Shown here: positions 9,601 to 18,863 of the stretch, piece after piece
Numbering within the stretch: the stretch's first letter is position 1
Layout of the letters: every line of letters starts with the position of its first letter
The notes under the pieces: model-generated
The model's input: only the letters and a program-made list of their open reading frames with translations
Database searches by the model: none
What the model was told of the DNA's origin: nothing
Assembly (NCBI GenBank): GCA_964019335.1
Contig: OZ025660.1
Coordinates: forward strand, 1 to 64,000
DNA length: 64,000 bases
Direction: 5' to 3'
Origin: Diplonema japonicum
Taxonomy: Eukaryota; Protista; Euglenozoa: Diplonemea
Program-made: the position numbers and the translations under genes

Positions 9601-11122
9601 ACTCGTAGTGGTTGCCGTTGTACGCCAGCACCACCACCTTCTCGTGGTCGGAGTTGTACTCCCCTATCATCAGGACTGGGTTGTTCCCCCCAGCAACCAC
9701 GAGTATCGTGCGGTCAAACGCTTGTGCTGCGGCTGCCAGGCACAAGTGGTCTCCCCACGTCGCCGCTGTGCCCATCCCTTCCAAGTACCGGTCCCAACCC
9801 TCGCTGCAAAACGGGGCATAGTGCTCCTCCCGGTGTTTCATCCATTCTACAACCTCGCTCCTGATGTGGGTGTGGTCCCCGTAGGCTTCCCCGAGCGAAC
9901 CGGCCAGGGCGTGGAACATGCAGTTCCCGTCCTTCTCCGTCGATCTCCTCGTCAGCTTGAAGCTCTTCATGATCTCGTCCACTGACTTGCCGGCCCTGGG
10001 TTGTTTGTCGGGGTTCCACAGATTCCGCTGCCTGTGTAGTGCACAGTGCGTCTGGTTCGACGAGCACGCCGCAGCACACGTTCCACAGAGGTTCACCTTC
10101 ATGTTCCTCGCCTGCTCTTGTTTCACAAAATGATGGTGGACCGCATTGAGGTGTTTAACTAGACAGCTTGCCACACTGGTGCGGAAAGAGCAGCCTTCCA
10201 TCCGGCATTGATGTTTGTCTGTTCCTTCTTTTTCCCCCTCCTTCTGCGCCTCCGTGTGCTCATCATCCAAATCCATGGGGGGAGTGTCACCACCTCCTTG
10301 CAACGCGTCCCCTGCCAGCGTCAAGTCCGCAAAGGGGTCCAGGTGTTCGGCCTGAAAGAGCTTATCCTCCGTCTCAGCTCGTTCCTTCGCCGCTTGCTTG
10401 GCGTCCTCCTTCTTTTTTCTGCGTCTTGAGCTTCTAGGCGGGCCCAAGTACACCGGCAGGTAGTGACCTCTCGATCCGCGTCTTGTCTTCCTCAGCTTTA
10501 CCGGTCCGACTCTCTGGGTCGGGTCAGCACCAGCTTTCCCCACCATCACTTCCAACATGGCCCAGAGCGACATCAGCCCCCCTATCCAAACTGAAGTGCT
10601 TCCCACCAGAGTGCCCCCTACTGCTAGCCAAGCGAGCTCCCCGGCGGACCATTCATCCCCTCGGGGCCCCACCTGTACCCTTGACCTGCGGGTGGTCCTC
10701 CTGTCGCTCCCCGGCCTCTTCCACAACACTGCCGCATGCAGGAAGGAGGGGGCCATCCCGATGCCCGCCCCCAGCACCTGCCTCACCCCTGGGATCAGCA
10801 AGAGGGAGACCAGGGCGACCCAGGCCCACGCCCCCAGGTGCTCCCATCTCACCCCTTCCTTGCTGTGTCCCGTCCGTCTGCGGTGCCTCCTTGTGCCGGT
10901 TGCAGCCCCAGGTGCCGGGATTCTGGGTGCCAGGGGTTGGGCTCCAGGCGTTCCCACCTCGGTCCGCTTCAGCCCCATTGCAGGGTCATCTGGCTTCTGT
11001 TCCAGGGCGGCCTCGTGTTCCTCTCTGCGGGCCCTCCTCCTCCCTTCTTTCCTCGCACGACGGTGCCTTTTCTTCTCCTGTCTGGCAGCCTCCCTCGCCC
11101 CCTCCCTCGCCTTGGTCCTCTT
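3676..11122 (-). mobile_element. CRE-like non-LTR retrotransposon, copy 2: 5'-truncated, poly(A)-tailed
   Basis: Poly(A) on the minus strand at 3676-3693, ~650-nt 3' UTR, long intact ORF. Homology to copy 1 stops abruptly at 11122. Confidence 0.9.
4340..10978 (-). CDS. Retrotransposon polyprotein: hydrophobic N-terminus, C2H2 ZnF, OTU protease, ZnF, reverse transcriptase, CCHC knuckle, restriction-like endonuclease, ~690-aa C-terminal extension
   Basis: RT motifs RPIAVG, KIDYANAFNS, QQGDPMGPLLF, FYLDDG. RLE motifs RHDRVK, RPADV, MDVVI, KRQKY, FVPFAMETFGG. OTU motifs DGNC and NHY. The frame stays open upstream to the truncation at 11122. Confidence 0.93.
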   Translation of the reverse strand: MGLKRTEVGTPGAQPLAPRIPAPGAATGTRRHRRRTGHSKEGVRWEHLGAWAWVALVSLLLIPGVRQVLGAGIGMAPSFLHAAVLWKRPGSDRRTTRRSRVQVGPRGDEWSAGELAWLAVGGTLVGSTSVWIGGLMSLWAMLEVMVGKAGADPTQRVGPVKLRKTRRGSRGHYLPVYLGPPRSSRRRKKKEDAKQAAKERAETEDKLFQAEHLDPFADLTLAGDALQGGGDTPPMDLDDEHTEAQKEGEKEGTDKHQCRMEGCSFRTSVASCLVKHLNAVHHHFVKQEQARNMKVNLCGTCAAACSSNQTHCALHRQRNLWNPDKQPRAGKSVDEIMKSFKLTRRSTEKDGNCMFHALAGSLGEAYGDHTHIRSEVVEWMKHREEHYAPFCSEGWDRYLEGMGTAATWGDHLCLAAAAQAFDRTILVVAGGNNPVLMIGEYNSDHEKVVVLAYNGNHYEYAVGEEESMMMLLDESQSVALQKAGKQPSEAPGEDIGEWDIIDRAIPGYGKAGVLDQMGARNQQFLYCPVANCARSKCKSTTPFNSTRVWKCHLDGHLESDEIPESVLRRLDLERCLVCRGCVWKGQGCHDECKKAVRREGEYTTPPPAPTRTELPSLEAIAAMNVTTLGSIPTSLQRLWGLTLKHTLGRAVKDNTEEAWLLVAMLPKACLWKKRGGKKRDKETELSVQARLEEWEKGNYMALWNKLESGEKGEPKNDEVSKVARATELCSKGRFSAGNAALVAQGLAEDNEDCWRALQSKHPEPLHPQWDNPAKTKEAVEVLPEEVLDAIRDFPRGTAAGPTGLRAQHIKDAVDGAFESQGCLMSVTRAVNALARGTAPREVAPLMAGANLVALKKNDRDVRPIAVGDVLRRLVGKSLVKKIAPEVASSYLKKGGQVGVSVPAGMEAAIHTIRQYVDRERGNKQENKVILKIDYANAFNSVCRRQLCSQAYEQASGLYAWADWCYRVPSQLYYNGKVIKSQEGVQQGDPMGPLLFSLAIQPLVNKISEDCNLDILQFYLDDGVLVGNVDEVRKAYNILCELSGMIGLKVKPQKCELIWVSGDLPQTVEDTGFDGLTEENFHKERNFMLLGAPIGSPEYTQAFLNKRLDALEENFDMLTKVGRQTGYTLLRYCSSYSKLVFYMRVVPDSHVGGVMHRFDEMVRKTMSKVCGMQFESGSKEWQQAKLSVKVGGLGMRSCQEHLRAANMASRASTMKLCKELDPKYEHGLEGGVWGSWLEWFNRTKGGMQITPDMVAKAPHICSQRWLSRVLDEKALEDLLAKADARSRARLMSESMHYAGAWLTATPDFYNQLSDNEFGALIKWWLGAPVYKQGESCHDPRCKTEGMDVWGDHAQGCGNARIARHDRVKETIHRHCQWAGVSATMEKTGLIPGSSQRPADVFFPGGVGGSRPMAMDVVIVHPRNESCVNQAAKTAGYAAAKAEHYKRQKYEAELAKTRVAFVPFAMETFGGFGEAAVYLTKKLSRSIAARAHGDRVSIHRRVVQEVSTAMMRSIAGALLVKGPVQLDPGPPVPDGEEEKKDNEEANNEPNTESNTDLTEDSFGNEKTTEAEESSEREVKGQGGGPPITVAHQLDALLEQTKKDLDARMQQQRKAEPVEGGTQGKAGAGLEAASPGGEDTEMAGTGSSERAGQGGGLDPKAQEDGKRQGATDAAVNQTLDECPKGDTEAQRDSNKGDQSATTATRKMTVSEFCREQAAKRQGGGRTLKPQADDAPEGTKEGGNAPSGGSQSGPDTPRGGIQTPEGDQLMGVGAPEREQQVEVGGDFVQLDPIDVVMGIPIPRAMVPLRARPGDRLLKFIIQFEGRVEIILEEGTDPGRERTEEMLLAKAESLGVPLEVAMAGQIGIAGLGYMMVKQYFASLEGGSDGERRSRIVGCEVQKSETYREFEFPRTVQDFQITYACGCSAVQPVRFKGGVLKGTLETAWRVVKLQTRGCRHHPTPGKEGVVGIAAGAGATKVTLREFLERCDARIRAPVGKVKDLIKVKAWVRDGRKVTLDVYEGRGPCEKETRRTVQDHLRKMGVEEVDLQSAVVTVPGLFEDVSFERYLGLLARKKEEDRERRPEVVATDLPTLEELKWSKKDKKRARARSASTDSDCVEGGYIYLKGTGADGTVVEANICRGELKGMTGPQFKFLAEHRLMEELGSDDLVRDTVKVRNKENWAPVNSAVAWLQLESGRARVGPIPHKKRSKGSLAR

Positions 11123-11374
11123 TTATGACTCACAATTTTTTTTTTTTTTTTTCTTCTTCCTTTTTTATTTCTCTATTTTTTCTTCTTCCTTTTTTATTTT
11201 ACAATTTGTTGGCAATAAATAGCTATTTTTTTTTTCTTTTTTCTTCTTCCTTTTTTATTTCTCTATTTTTTTCGTTCTACTTTTCTTTTTTTTTTTTTTT
11301 TTTTTTTCTCCCTTTTTCTATCAACATTGATGAGAAAAGGGAAGATAACACCGTCGTTGTGAGTGCTAAGATCT

Positions 11375-11770
11375 TTAGTGTGTGGGAGCCGCGTCCTCAC
11401 AGTGGCACACCTGGTGAGCGGGTGTCGAGGCGGGGTCACAGGCAGGAGCCAGATTCAGAGTGCCGGGAGCGTAGCAGTTCACAGGGCACCACTCCACAGG
11501 GACACTGGACCTAGACGAGCGCCACTTTGTGCAGTGCTCCTTGTGCACGGTGGGGGGAACAGGTGTTGTGTCCTCACAGTGGCACACCTGGTGAGCGGGT
11601 GTCGAAGCGGGGTCACAGGCAGGGGCCAGATTCAGAGTGCCGGGAGCGTAGCAGTTCACAGGGCACCACTCCACAGAGACGCTGGACCTAGACGAACGCC
11701 ACTTTGTGCAGTGTTCCTTGTGCACGGTGGCAACACTGACAAGGGCGAAAAGCATCGCAGGTAACGACAT
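11375..11770 (-). CDS. Small secreted Cys-rich protein with two 59-aa tandem repeats (possible carbohydrate-binding modules)
   Basis: ATG at 11770, signal-like MSLPAMLFALVSVA, 177-bp direct repeat (11393/11570) encoding C..WCPVNC..PAC..VCHC; polypyrimidine tract upstream. Confidence 0.6.
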   Translation of the reverse strand: MSLPAMLFALVSVATVHKEHCTKWRSSRSSVSVEWCPVNCYAPGTLNLAPACDPASTPAHQVCHCEDTTPVPPTVHKEHCTKWRSSRSSVPVEWCPVNCYAPGTLNLAPACDPASTPAHQVCHCEDAAPTH

Positions 11771-12605
11771 TGTTATTTTCTTGGAACTGCATAAGTATGA
11801 GAGAGGTGAGAAAAAAAAAGAAGAAAAAAAAAAGAAAAACACACAAAAAGGTTATAAACCTGGAGTGAGATGAAAAAAAAAAAAAAAAAGGAGAAACACA
11901 GAGAGTTTCCACCGTGAAAGAAAATATAAAAAATTCGAAGCGTCGTTTAAGAAGACGAGAGAAGCGGGGGGAAAAAAGAGAGAAGAAGAAAAAAAGAAAG
12001 AAAGGAAAAGAAACAAGATAGCAAGCTTTCTTTCTTTCTTTTTCTTTTTTCTTTTTCTCTCCCTCTTTTTTTCTAGTGCTTGTGAAACAAACAAACAAAC
12101 AGAAAGGAAACTTGTGCAAAGAGGGTTTAGCAAATAAACGATTGCCACAAAGAGGAAAAGATGGGAACACACACAAAAAAGAAATGAAGATAAAAAAAAA
12201 TAAACAAATAAATAAAGAAAGAAGAGAGAGGGAAAGAAGAGAAGGCAACACACACAAAACAAAAGATGCCCCGGGAAATGATTCCATAGGGCCCTTCCAA
12301 AAGCATCGAGGGAGGAAAATGGTGTAGCGCGGGGGAAAACAAGAAGAAAGAAAGAAAGAAAGAACAGAGGTTCAGGAGAGAAAGGGGGGCGTGACCCGGA
12401 GTCACGGTAAAAAAAAAAAAAAAAAAAAATCCCCCTTTTTCATAAACCAACATCATCCTTCTTCCCCCCTCCGCCCGCGTCACCTCCTTATAAACAAAAG
12501 ATTTCTTTTTTTTTGGAAGATGAATTTTTAAAATATAAAAAAAAAAAAGGGGGTGTGCTTTTCTCTCGTTAGTTAGTCGTTTTTCGTTTTTTTTTCCAGC
12601 TTTTT

Positions 12606-13430
12606 TTATCCAATAAGCTTGCACCACTCAGGAACATCGCACCTCGCCCTGCACTGGGCGTACCACTGGTTCTGTTGGTAGCAGCGGGCAGGAGCCTCGC
12701 AGCAGGAAGGGGAGTCGATGCAGCCTCCCCACTCCGCGATGACGGGGCCGTTGCAGGGCCCTGCGGGAGGGGCCGCTGTGGGGACCGGTGTCGGGACAGG
12801 GCTTGCGGCGTCCCCCGTCGGGGCCGGGGTGGGGAGGGTTGTCGGGACAGGGGTCGTGCTGCCCCCGTTGAAGTCGAGGTCGATGGCGTTGTAGAAGCTG
12901 GCCGCCGTGTCGCCGACGTCCCAGATGGCGAGGACCACGTGGTAGCCGCTCCTCGTCGGGACCGTGCACGAGTGCGTCACCACCATCGGCGGCTGCACCA
13001 TCGCCCCGTCCACCGTGCAGAAGGGGCTGCTCTCCAAGGTCTCCCTCCCCAGAGGGGTCACCCCGTTCCACCCCTCCTTCGTGATGTAGTACCTCCAGTC
13101 CCGCGTGATGTGGTTCGCCGTGAACTGCCACGTGAAGTCCACAAGGCCGGAGCTGATCGAGGTCTTCGCCCACCTCGTCGCCGACTGCTCGTTTAGGGCC
13201 GCCCAGTTGTCCTGCCCCGCCGCCGCGAGCGTCCCGTCCGAAGGCCCGCTGTCAGGGTACCTGTCCGCCCCCTCCACGCTCTGCGGCTCGTACTGCACCC
13301 CGCCGCAGTTCTGGTTCGCCCCTTCCTTGCAGGCGTAGTTCCTCGACGCCGGTGCCTTCACGTAGCCGTGCCCGTGAGCACACGCAAACAGCGTTGTCAC
13401 GCACACAAGGGGGCGCAGCAGCATTATCAT
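12606..13430 (-). CDS. Secreted lytic polysaccharide monooxygenase, family AA10 (GbpA/CBP21-like), with Pro/Thr linker and C-terminal CBM1-like module
   Basis: Signal peptide then HGYV (His1 brace), YEPQSVEG, FTANH (second His), WDVGDTAASFYNAID, PTP linker, WGGC..CC...C.QQNQWYAQC. Start placed at Met64 of ORF 12606..13619. Confidence 0.92.
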   Translation of the reverse strand: MIMLLRPLVCVTTLFACAHGHGYVKAPASRNYACKEGANQNCGGVQYEPQSVEGADRYPDSGPSDGTLAAAGQDNWAALNEQSATRWAKTSISSGLVDFTWQFTANHITRDWRYYITKEGWNGVTPLGRETLESSPFCTVDGAMVQPPMVVTHSCTVPTRSGYHVVLAIWDVGDTAASFYNAIDLDFNGGSTTPVPTTLPTPAPTGDAASPVPTPVPTAAPPAGPCNGPVIAEWGGCIDSPSCCEAPARCYQQNQWYAQCRARCDVPEWCKLIG

Positions 13431-14139
13431 TGTTGGTAGGATGGGGTGTGTGTGTGGGTGTGTGTAGGTTAACCTGTTTTTTTGAGTGCGCATGGATAAG
13501 GGGAGGCAAGTTGTCAGGTAACGCATGAAAATTGAAGGAAAAAAAGAGAGAAGGAAAAAAAAAAGGAAAAAAAAAAAGATTGAAAGATGCTCTTCTGCAC
13601 TTACCCTGAAGGGCAGCAAAAGATTTAGCGGAGAGGAAAGTATACTGAAGTGTCAGCAGTATATATTAGATACGGTATGATGAGCAGCCCGTTCCAGTAG
13701 GCGAGGGCCTCGGTGACAGGAGGGGCGGAGGGAAGTAAAAGAAAGGGTTCTAGACTAGAAAAAAAAAAAAAAAAAACAACAACCGCCGTTGCATTGCATC
13801 GCCAGCTCCATCAGCGAAGGCTGGGGATGCCCAAGGCATAGCCGTGCTCTGTTTTCTTTTTTAACGACTTCCTTCTTTGTGCTGAACGACAAGAAGGAAA
13901 GGGGCAAAAAGAAGAAGAAGAAGAAGAAGAAAGAAGAAAAAACTCGATAAAATTTCAGTGTGCATGGGGGTGCTCACTGTTCAGGACGAAAAAAAAAGAA
14001 AGGGAAGTAGTGTGTAAATGAAAAAAGATATAGTCAAAATCTTTTTTATTATTATTATTTTTTTTTTTGTTATTTATTTATTAAAAAAATCTTCTCCCCT
14101 TTAAAAAAAAAAAAAAAAAAAAGAGACGAACACGCCAAT

Positions 14140-15801
14140 TCAGAACAACGGGAGGGCGAAACACATGCACCTGCGCCCCTGTGGCCCTGTGGGTGGTTGA
14201 GGGCCTGTCCTCGTGGGGCACATCGGCTTGTCCATGCACTTCTTCTTCTTCCTGTCGTACTCGCACACCCGGGAGGCTGCGGCGCACGCCTCGGCGTTCT
14301 TCAAGGAGCACTGCTGTCCAGCGGAGTGCACGAACACCGCGACGTGGAGGAGTTCCCTCGACACGGGCAGCTCAATGGCTTCCGTACCTCTCTCCACCTG
14401 CAGCTTGAAGATTGCGGCAGGGTGGTTGCGGACATCATCGGGGGCACCGGGGAAGATTGGGATGTACCTCGGCCCGCAGCCCGCAGCCTCGAAGCCAGCC
14501 TCCAGCAACTCCTTCGGGAGGCCTCCGTTGGTAGAGGAGCTGCACGGGAGGCAGTTGTGCAGTGTCACGTAGAAGGTACAGGGGTAGTAGTAGTGGTGGT
14601 GGTTCTTCTCGGTCGCGGGACACGACAGTCTCAGGGACATCCCTTTGCCCCCGTGAACCCCCATGTACGCTGTCGACCCTGCAAGCCACTCGGGGATCCT
14701 CTCCCAGCGTTGCCCGCTCACCTTGTCCTCCACAGCAGCAGAAGAGGAGTCTACAACCTGCTTCGCAAAAGGTGCGATGCCCTCAACAAGCTCCACAGCC
14801 GCATCCGGGATGTCGTAGATCGCAAGCCTGTCCGTCACGTCGCTCACGAAAAGGTAGCCGCCGCTGGGCAGGAGGGTGAAGGGGGACCTCGCCTCGTCCC
14901 TTGCAAGGAGGGTGAAGGTGTTGGGCGCCGTCTCCTCCAACACAACGAGGCCGTTGTTGGAGCAGGCAAGGTACACCCTCGAGTTGTAGAAGCGGATATC
15001 CCCGCAATCGTTCACGAAGGCAGGCATCGTCATCGCCACGGGGGCCCCTGTCGTCGGGTTTATTTTCAGCGGCATGTCCGTGCTGGTGTCGACCCTGCTG
15101 ATGTACAGGAAGCCCTCGTGGAACACAACCCTGTTGAAGTCGATGTCCGGCGTTGCGAAGGATGACTCCTCGTGGGGGTTCGTGGGGTCCGACACGTCCA
15201 GCACAGAGACGCTGCCCTGGGGGGTGAGCTGCTCTGTGGTCGCGTACACCTTCCTGTCCGCGTAGGTCATGTCCAGCACGAAGGAGCCTGTCGTCGACAA
15301 CACCGAAACCCCCACCTGCATGAGGGTCCCCTTCGCAAGCACGTACAGGGACTCGGTGGTGGTGGGGCTGTGGAAGTACGACACGTAGATGTGGTTGGCA
15401 GACTGGGTCATCCCACGCCAGAAGTTCAGGTCGGCGTCGGGAGGGGGAAGGAAGGTGTGCAGCATCATTGGGGCAGCGGGGTCCGGGTGCAGGTCATAGA
15501 CGATCAGCGCGTGCAGGTACGACACGTACAGCAGGTTCCCGTCCGTCAGCACAGAGGCTGCCCTCCCGCTGCTGTGCTTTAGCATCCCTACCTCCACAGG
15601 GTTTCCCTTGTCTGCCACATTCGTGATCCTCACCGAATCGTCCGTCATCACGCTGAACGTGTGGTCCCCCGACCTCGCCAGGTCCGCAGAGGTCTCCCCC
15701 GCCAGCGGGCCCACCCCGCCGATCCGTGCTAGCTCCTCGGTGGTCCCACCAACAACCACAACAGTAGCGAACAACCACAACAACAGGATTCGGGCCAGCA
15801 T
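14140..15801 (-). CDS. Secreted LVIVD-repeat (beta-propeller-like) protein with Cys-rich C-terminal domain
   Basis: Signal peptide; repeats LIVYDLHPDPAAP, VSVLDVSDPTNP, GLVVLE, LAIYDI; intact 553-aa ORF preceded by a polypyrimidine tract and AG. Confidence 0.7.
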   Translation of the reverse strand: MLARILLLWLFATVVVVGGTTEELARIGGVGPLAGETSADLARSGDHTFSVMTDDSVRITNVADKGNPVEVGMLKHSSGRAASVLTDGNLLYVSYLHALIVYDLHPDPAAPMMLHTFLPPPDADLNFWRGMTQSANHIYVSYFHSPTTTESLYVLAKGTLMQVGVSVLSTTGSFVLDMTYADRKVYATTEQLTPQGSVSVLDVSDPTNPHEESSFATPDIDFNRVVFHEGFLYISRVDTSTDMPLKINPTTGAPVAMTMPAFVNDCGDIRFYNSRVYLACSNNGLVVLEETAPNTFTLLARDEARSPFTLLPSGGYLFVSDVTDRLAIYDIPDAAVELVEGIAPFAKQVVDSSSAAVEDKVSGQRWERIPEWLAGSTAYMGVHGGKGMSLRLSCPATEKNHHHYYYPCTFYVTLHNCLPCSSSTNGGLPKELLEAGFEAAGCGPRYIPIFPGAPDDVRNHPAAIFKLQVERGTEAIELPVSRELLHVAVFVHSAGQQCSLKNAEACAAASRVCEYDRKKKKCMDKPMCPTRTGPQPPTGPQGRRCMCFALPLF

Positions 15802-15803
15802 TT

Positions 15804-15836
<33 letters not shown>

Positions 15837-16151
15837 TTTGGTTTTACCTACAGTGGTTCAAAAGAAGAAGAAGAAAACCAAATCGGTTGGTACTACAAAA
15901 AAAGAATGAATAGGGGAGGGGGGGGGGGGGTATTCTTTCCCCCCTCCTCCTAATGTTCATCATATTCTTACACAAACATGCTGAACAAAAATTATCAGAA
16001 AAAGAGGGGGGGTTTTTTTTCCGTTAAAAGAAGACCGGGGGTACACGGAAGCGCACCCACAGAGTTGATCAGAACTGGAAATAGAAGGCATGCACACAAG
16101 ATGACCATTTTCAGAAAGAAACTAAAATCACATGCTTCAACCAAAGGGGGG

Positions 16152-18079
16152 TTAGATGGAGCGACTGCCACTGTCAGGTGACAGCTTGAAGGAAAGGAGC
16201 AGATTGAAGTGATCGTCGAGGGTAGTACCAGGGTAGGTCACCTTAGAGAGGTTGCTATGCTGGAACGCGTCCCACTCCCGTCTGATCCACGGGCGTTGAA
16301 CGTCGTCAAGCTGACGAGGAGTCCCGTGGAGCACGATGCTGAAGTCGGGTCGTACTACTGGGACAGTTGTAGGGAAGACACCAGCCTGGTTCATGCCCGC
16401 ATCAACAAAATGAACCGAGCGGACAATATCCCAAAGTTCAGGACTCGGCCTGTCCATCATGCGTGTGAGCCAATAAAAGTGAGGTCGCAGAAACTAGTTG
16501 TCTCCTTAACAGACAGCACCGGTGCCACCTCAGCCGGAGTCTGACCTCTGGCCATGATATTGCACACCTCGGTGAGCGCCGCCAGGGCCCCTACTTCCGT
16601 CACCACCATCCACCCGTCCTTCAGGTGTTGGGCGCTCAACCCCGTCGGCCCAGCCACTTTCCCCTTGTCAAAGTCCCGGACCATGCTCAGAACGTCGACG
16701 GCCGTGACGTCCTCGAAGGAGTCAGCCGGATTCAGTTCTAGCCCCGAGGGGTCAACCGATGCCTCAGGGTGGAGGCCCAGGAGCTTCTCGAAGGTCTCGG
16801 TGGAGTCCTCCGCCAACCCTCCCGCAGTCAGCGTTGGCTCTGGAGAAGCGCCCCGGACTCCCGACGTGCCTTTCCACCCCTGCGTCTGCCCAGGCAAGCC
16901 TTCGGAAGCATCAGGGGCAGCACCCACGACAGATAGGAGTTCTCCTGCTTCACCCTCACCAGTGCCGTCTTTAGCGCCAGACTCCACATCCCTTGGAGCG
17001 GGACGGGGATGTACTTCATGAGGCTCACCTTCCGGGTGGCCACCTCCTCCAGAGAAGGAAGTGCGTCCCGGCTAGGGGCCGCCTTCACGTCCACGGGTCC
17101 CCCAGGAGCGCTGTACCTGGCGATGCACCTGACGTGAGCCGCCTCCCGTGCGCCCACCACCGACCCACACACGCAGATCTTGAGGTCAAACTTCTTCAAC
17201 TCCTGTGGGAGTACCTCCTCGTCCAGCAGGTGGTCGTTCAAGTGGGACTTCAGCAGTTCCCACCCCAAGATCGCCGGGCCTCCCATGTGGGACGACCTCT
17301 CGCACCCCCTCACCGGGCACTGGAAGCTCCTGACCTTGCTGTCCAGTCGTGGGGCATCCTTTCATGTGGTGTCCGTTGGGCCTGATGGAGGACTCCGGCA
17401 TCAGGAGGTGGGCGAGGTCCAGGATGGCGGGCCTGATCCCCGAGGGGGCAAGCCTCGCCTCCACCGCCCAATCCACCAGGGTGGACTTTCCGCCCTCCGA
17501 GACCAACACAGGCCTGTAGTGGGATCCCGTGAAGCCAAGAACCACCGTATCCTCCGGTTCCCTCGCCTCCCCGAGCTTCAAGACTTGGGCGTCACCCCCG
17601 GTCACGACCACGACCGTCTTTTGCCAGACCTCCACCGCCGCCTGCAAAGGTGGTCCCCCCACTCCCCTTGCTTTGCCATGTAGTCGATGTAGGCCTCAAA
17701 ACCGATCGGATCCACAAAGCTCTCGAACCTGCCCCTGTTGTCCCTTATGTGGCTGACCACCCGACTCCTCACCTCTCCGTGTCGTTCCTTCTCCCCCAGC
17801 AGCACCACAGCCAGAGAGCGGAACAAGCAATCCCCTCCGCCCCCGGCATCCTCCTCCTTGGCACCCACCTCGTGCAGGATCGACTCCCTGGTGACAGACG
17901 AGCCCGATATCCCACGGACGAGGCGGGAGGGCTCCTTCTCGGGCCGGCAATTCACGCACCGCTCCTTGTTCCCCGCCGTGAACAGCACGCTGCACCCCCC
18001 CGGACGACGGCGACGACGGGCGACGGACGCAGCGGCAAACCCAGGCAGAGGCGGCAGGCACCAGCAGAACACGAACGAC
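16152..18079 (-). pseudogene. Decayed CRE-like OTU retrotransposon of a second family (frameshifted, internally deleted)
   Basis: GGGDCLFRSLA/WGDHL/GSHY (OTU), GCERS..HLNDHL (ZnF), LPSLEEVA..IPVPLQGMWSLALK..MLPKACL and AGPTGLSAQHLKD align by eye with the 4340-10978 protein. Confidence 0.85.
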
Positions 18080-18115
18080 CAATAAAGTAAAACTGTAGCT
18101 TTAGAATCGCTGGTT
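18080..18115 (-). other. Spliced-leader (SL) exon relic, diplonemid type
   Basis: Minus strand AACCAGCGATTCTAAAGCTACAGTTT---TACTTTATTG versus the diplonemid SL as I recall it, AACCAACGATTTAAAAGCTACAGTTTCTGTACTTTATTG (3-nt deletion, ~3 substitutions). Confidence 0.85.
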
Positions 18116-18863
18116 AATTGGAAATGCCTCAAGTTCCCTACCTTTTCTCCTTCAAAGCCACACACTTCTTGTAACATCCCTGGTTACAAGTACCCTTAAT
18201 TCCGTATAAGGTCGATATATTGATAGGTTGTCCTCGTTTGCCAACCATTGTATAAAAGACTAGTTTTCATTTGTGAGTAGTTGTTTTAGACAAAAAAAAT
18301 AGATAAAATCCCAATAACGTCGGATCAGCTACCTTTGGAACGTCCACATATTTCCGCTATTCTATTCCATTTTAGAGGAGATGCACTTTTCTAGTAAGCT
18401 AGTTTGGATCACGTTAACAATGATTGTATATATAAAGGGCTCTTCTGTGAGGGCATGTGTCAACCCCACATGCACACGAACTGCTTTTAATATGCTAAAA
18501 TCTCATCCCTGCCCACTTCGACCGCTGCTTTATCCAGTTTATGTATTGTTGCATTCCAGAAGGAGGTGCTTCACGACTTCAATTAGCTTGCAGCTCCTGT
18601 TCTTCCCTTCGACCCTTCCATCCATCACCTAGATGCGGTAAATGAAGTTGTTGCAGCTTTGGTCCCGTTCTCCTGCTCCACCACGAACTGCTTCACGTCC
18701 CCCACGAAGGTGAGGGGGCATGTCTGGGCAACAGCCGTCCCGACGAGGGACCCGAGCAGCAGGACACATGCAGCAATCGCGCGTGACATTTCCAAGAAGA
18801 GTGTTTAAATTAATAGAAAAATAAACCTGTGTGAAATATTTATCAGACAAAAGAAAGTAACTA

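Noticed and set aside
11688-12627. Phe/Lys-rich ORFs in intergenic DNA (also 3995..4192)
   Set aside because: Products of poly(A)/poly(T) and polypyrimidine tracts.
18116-18860. Possible SL RNA gene promoter or gene remnant upstream of the SL relic
   Set aside because: No recognisable motifs or repeat unit, and stops in all frames.
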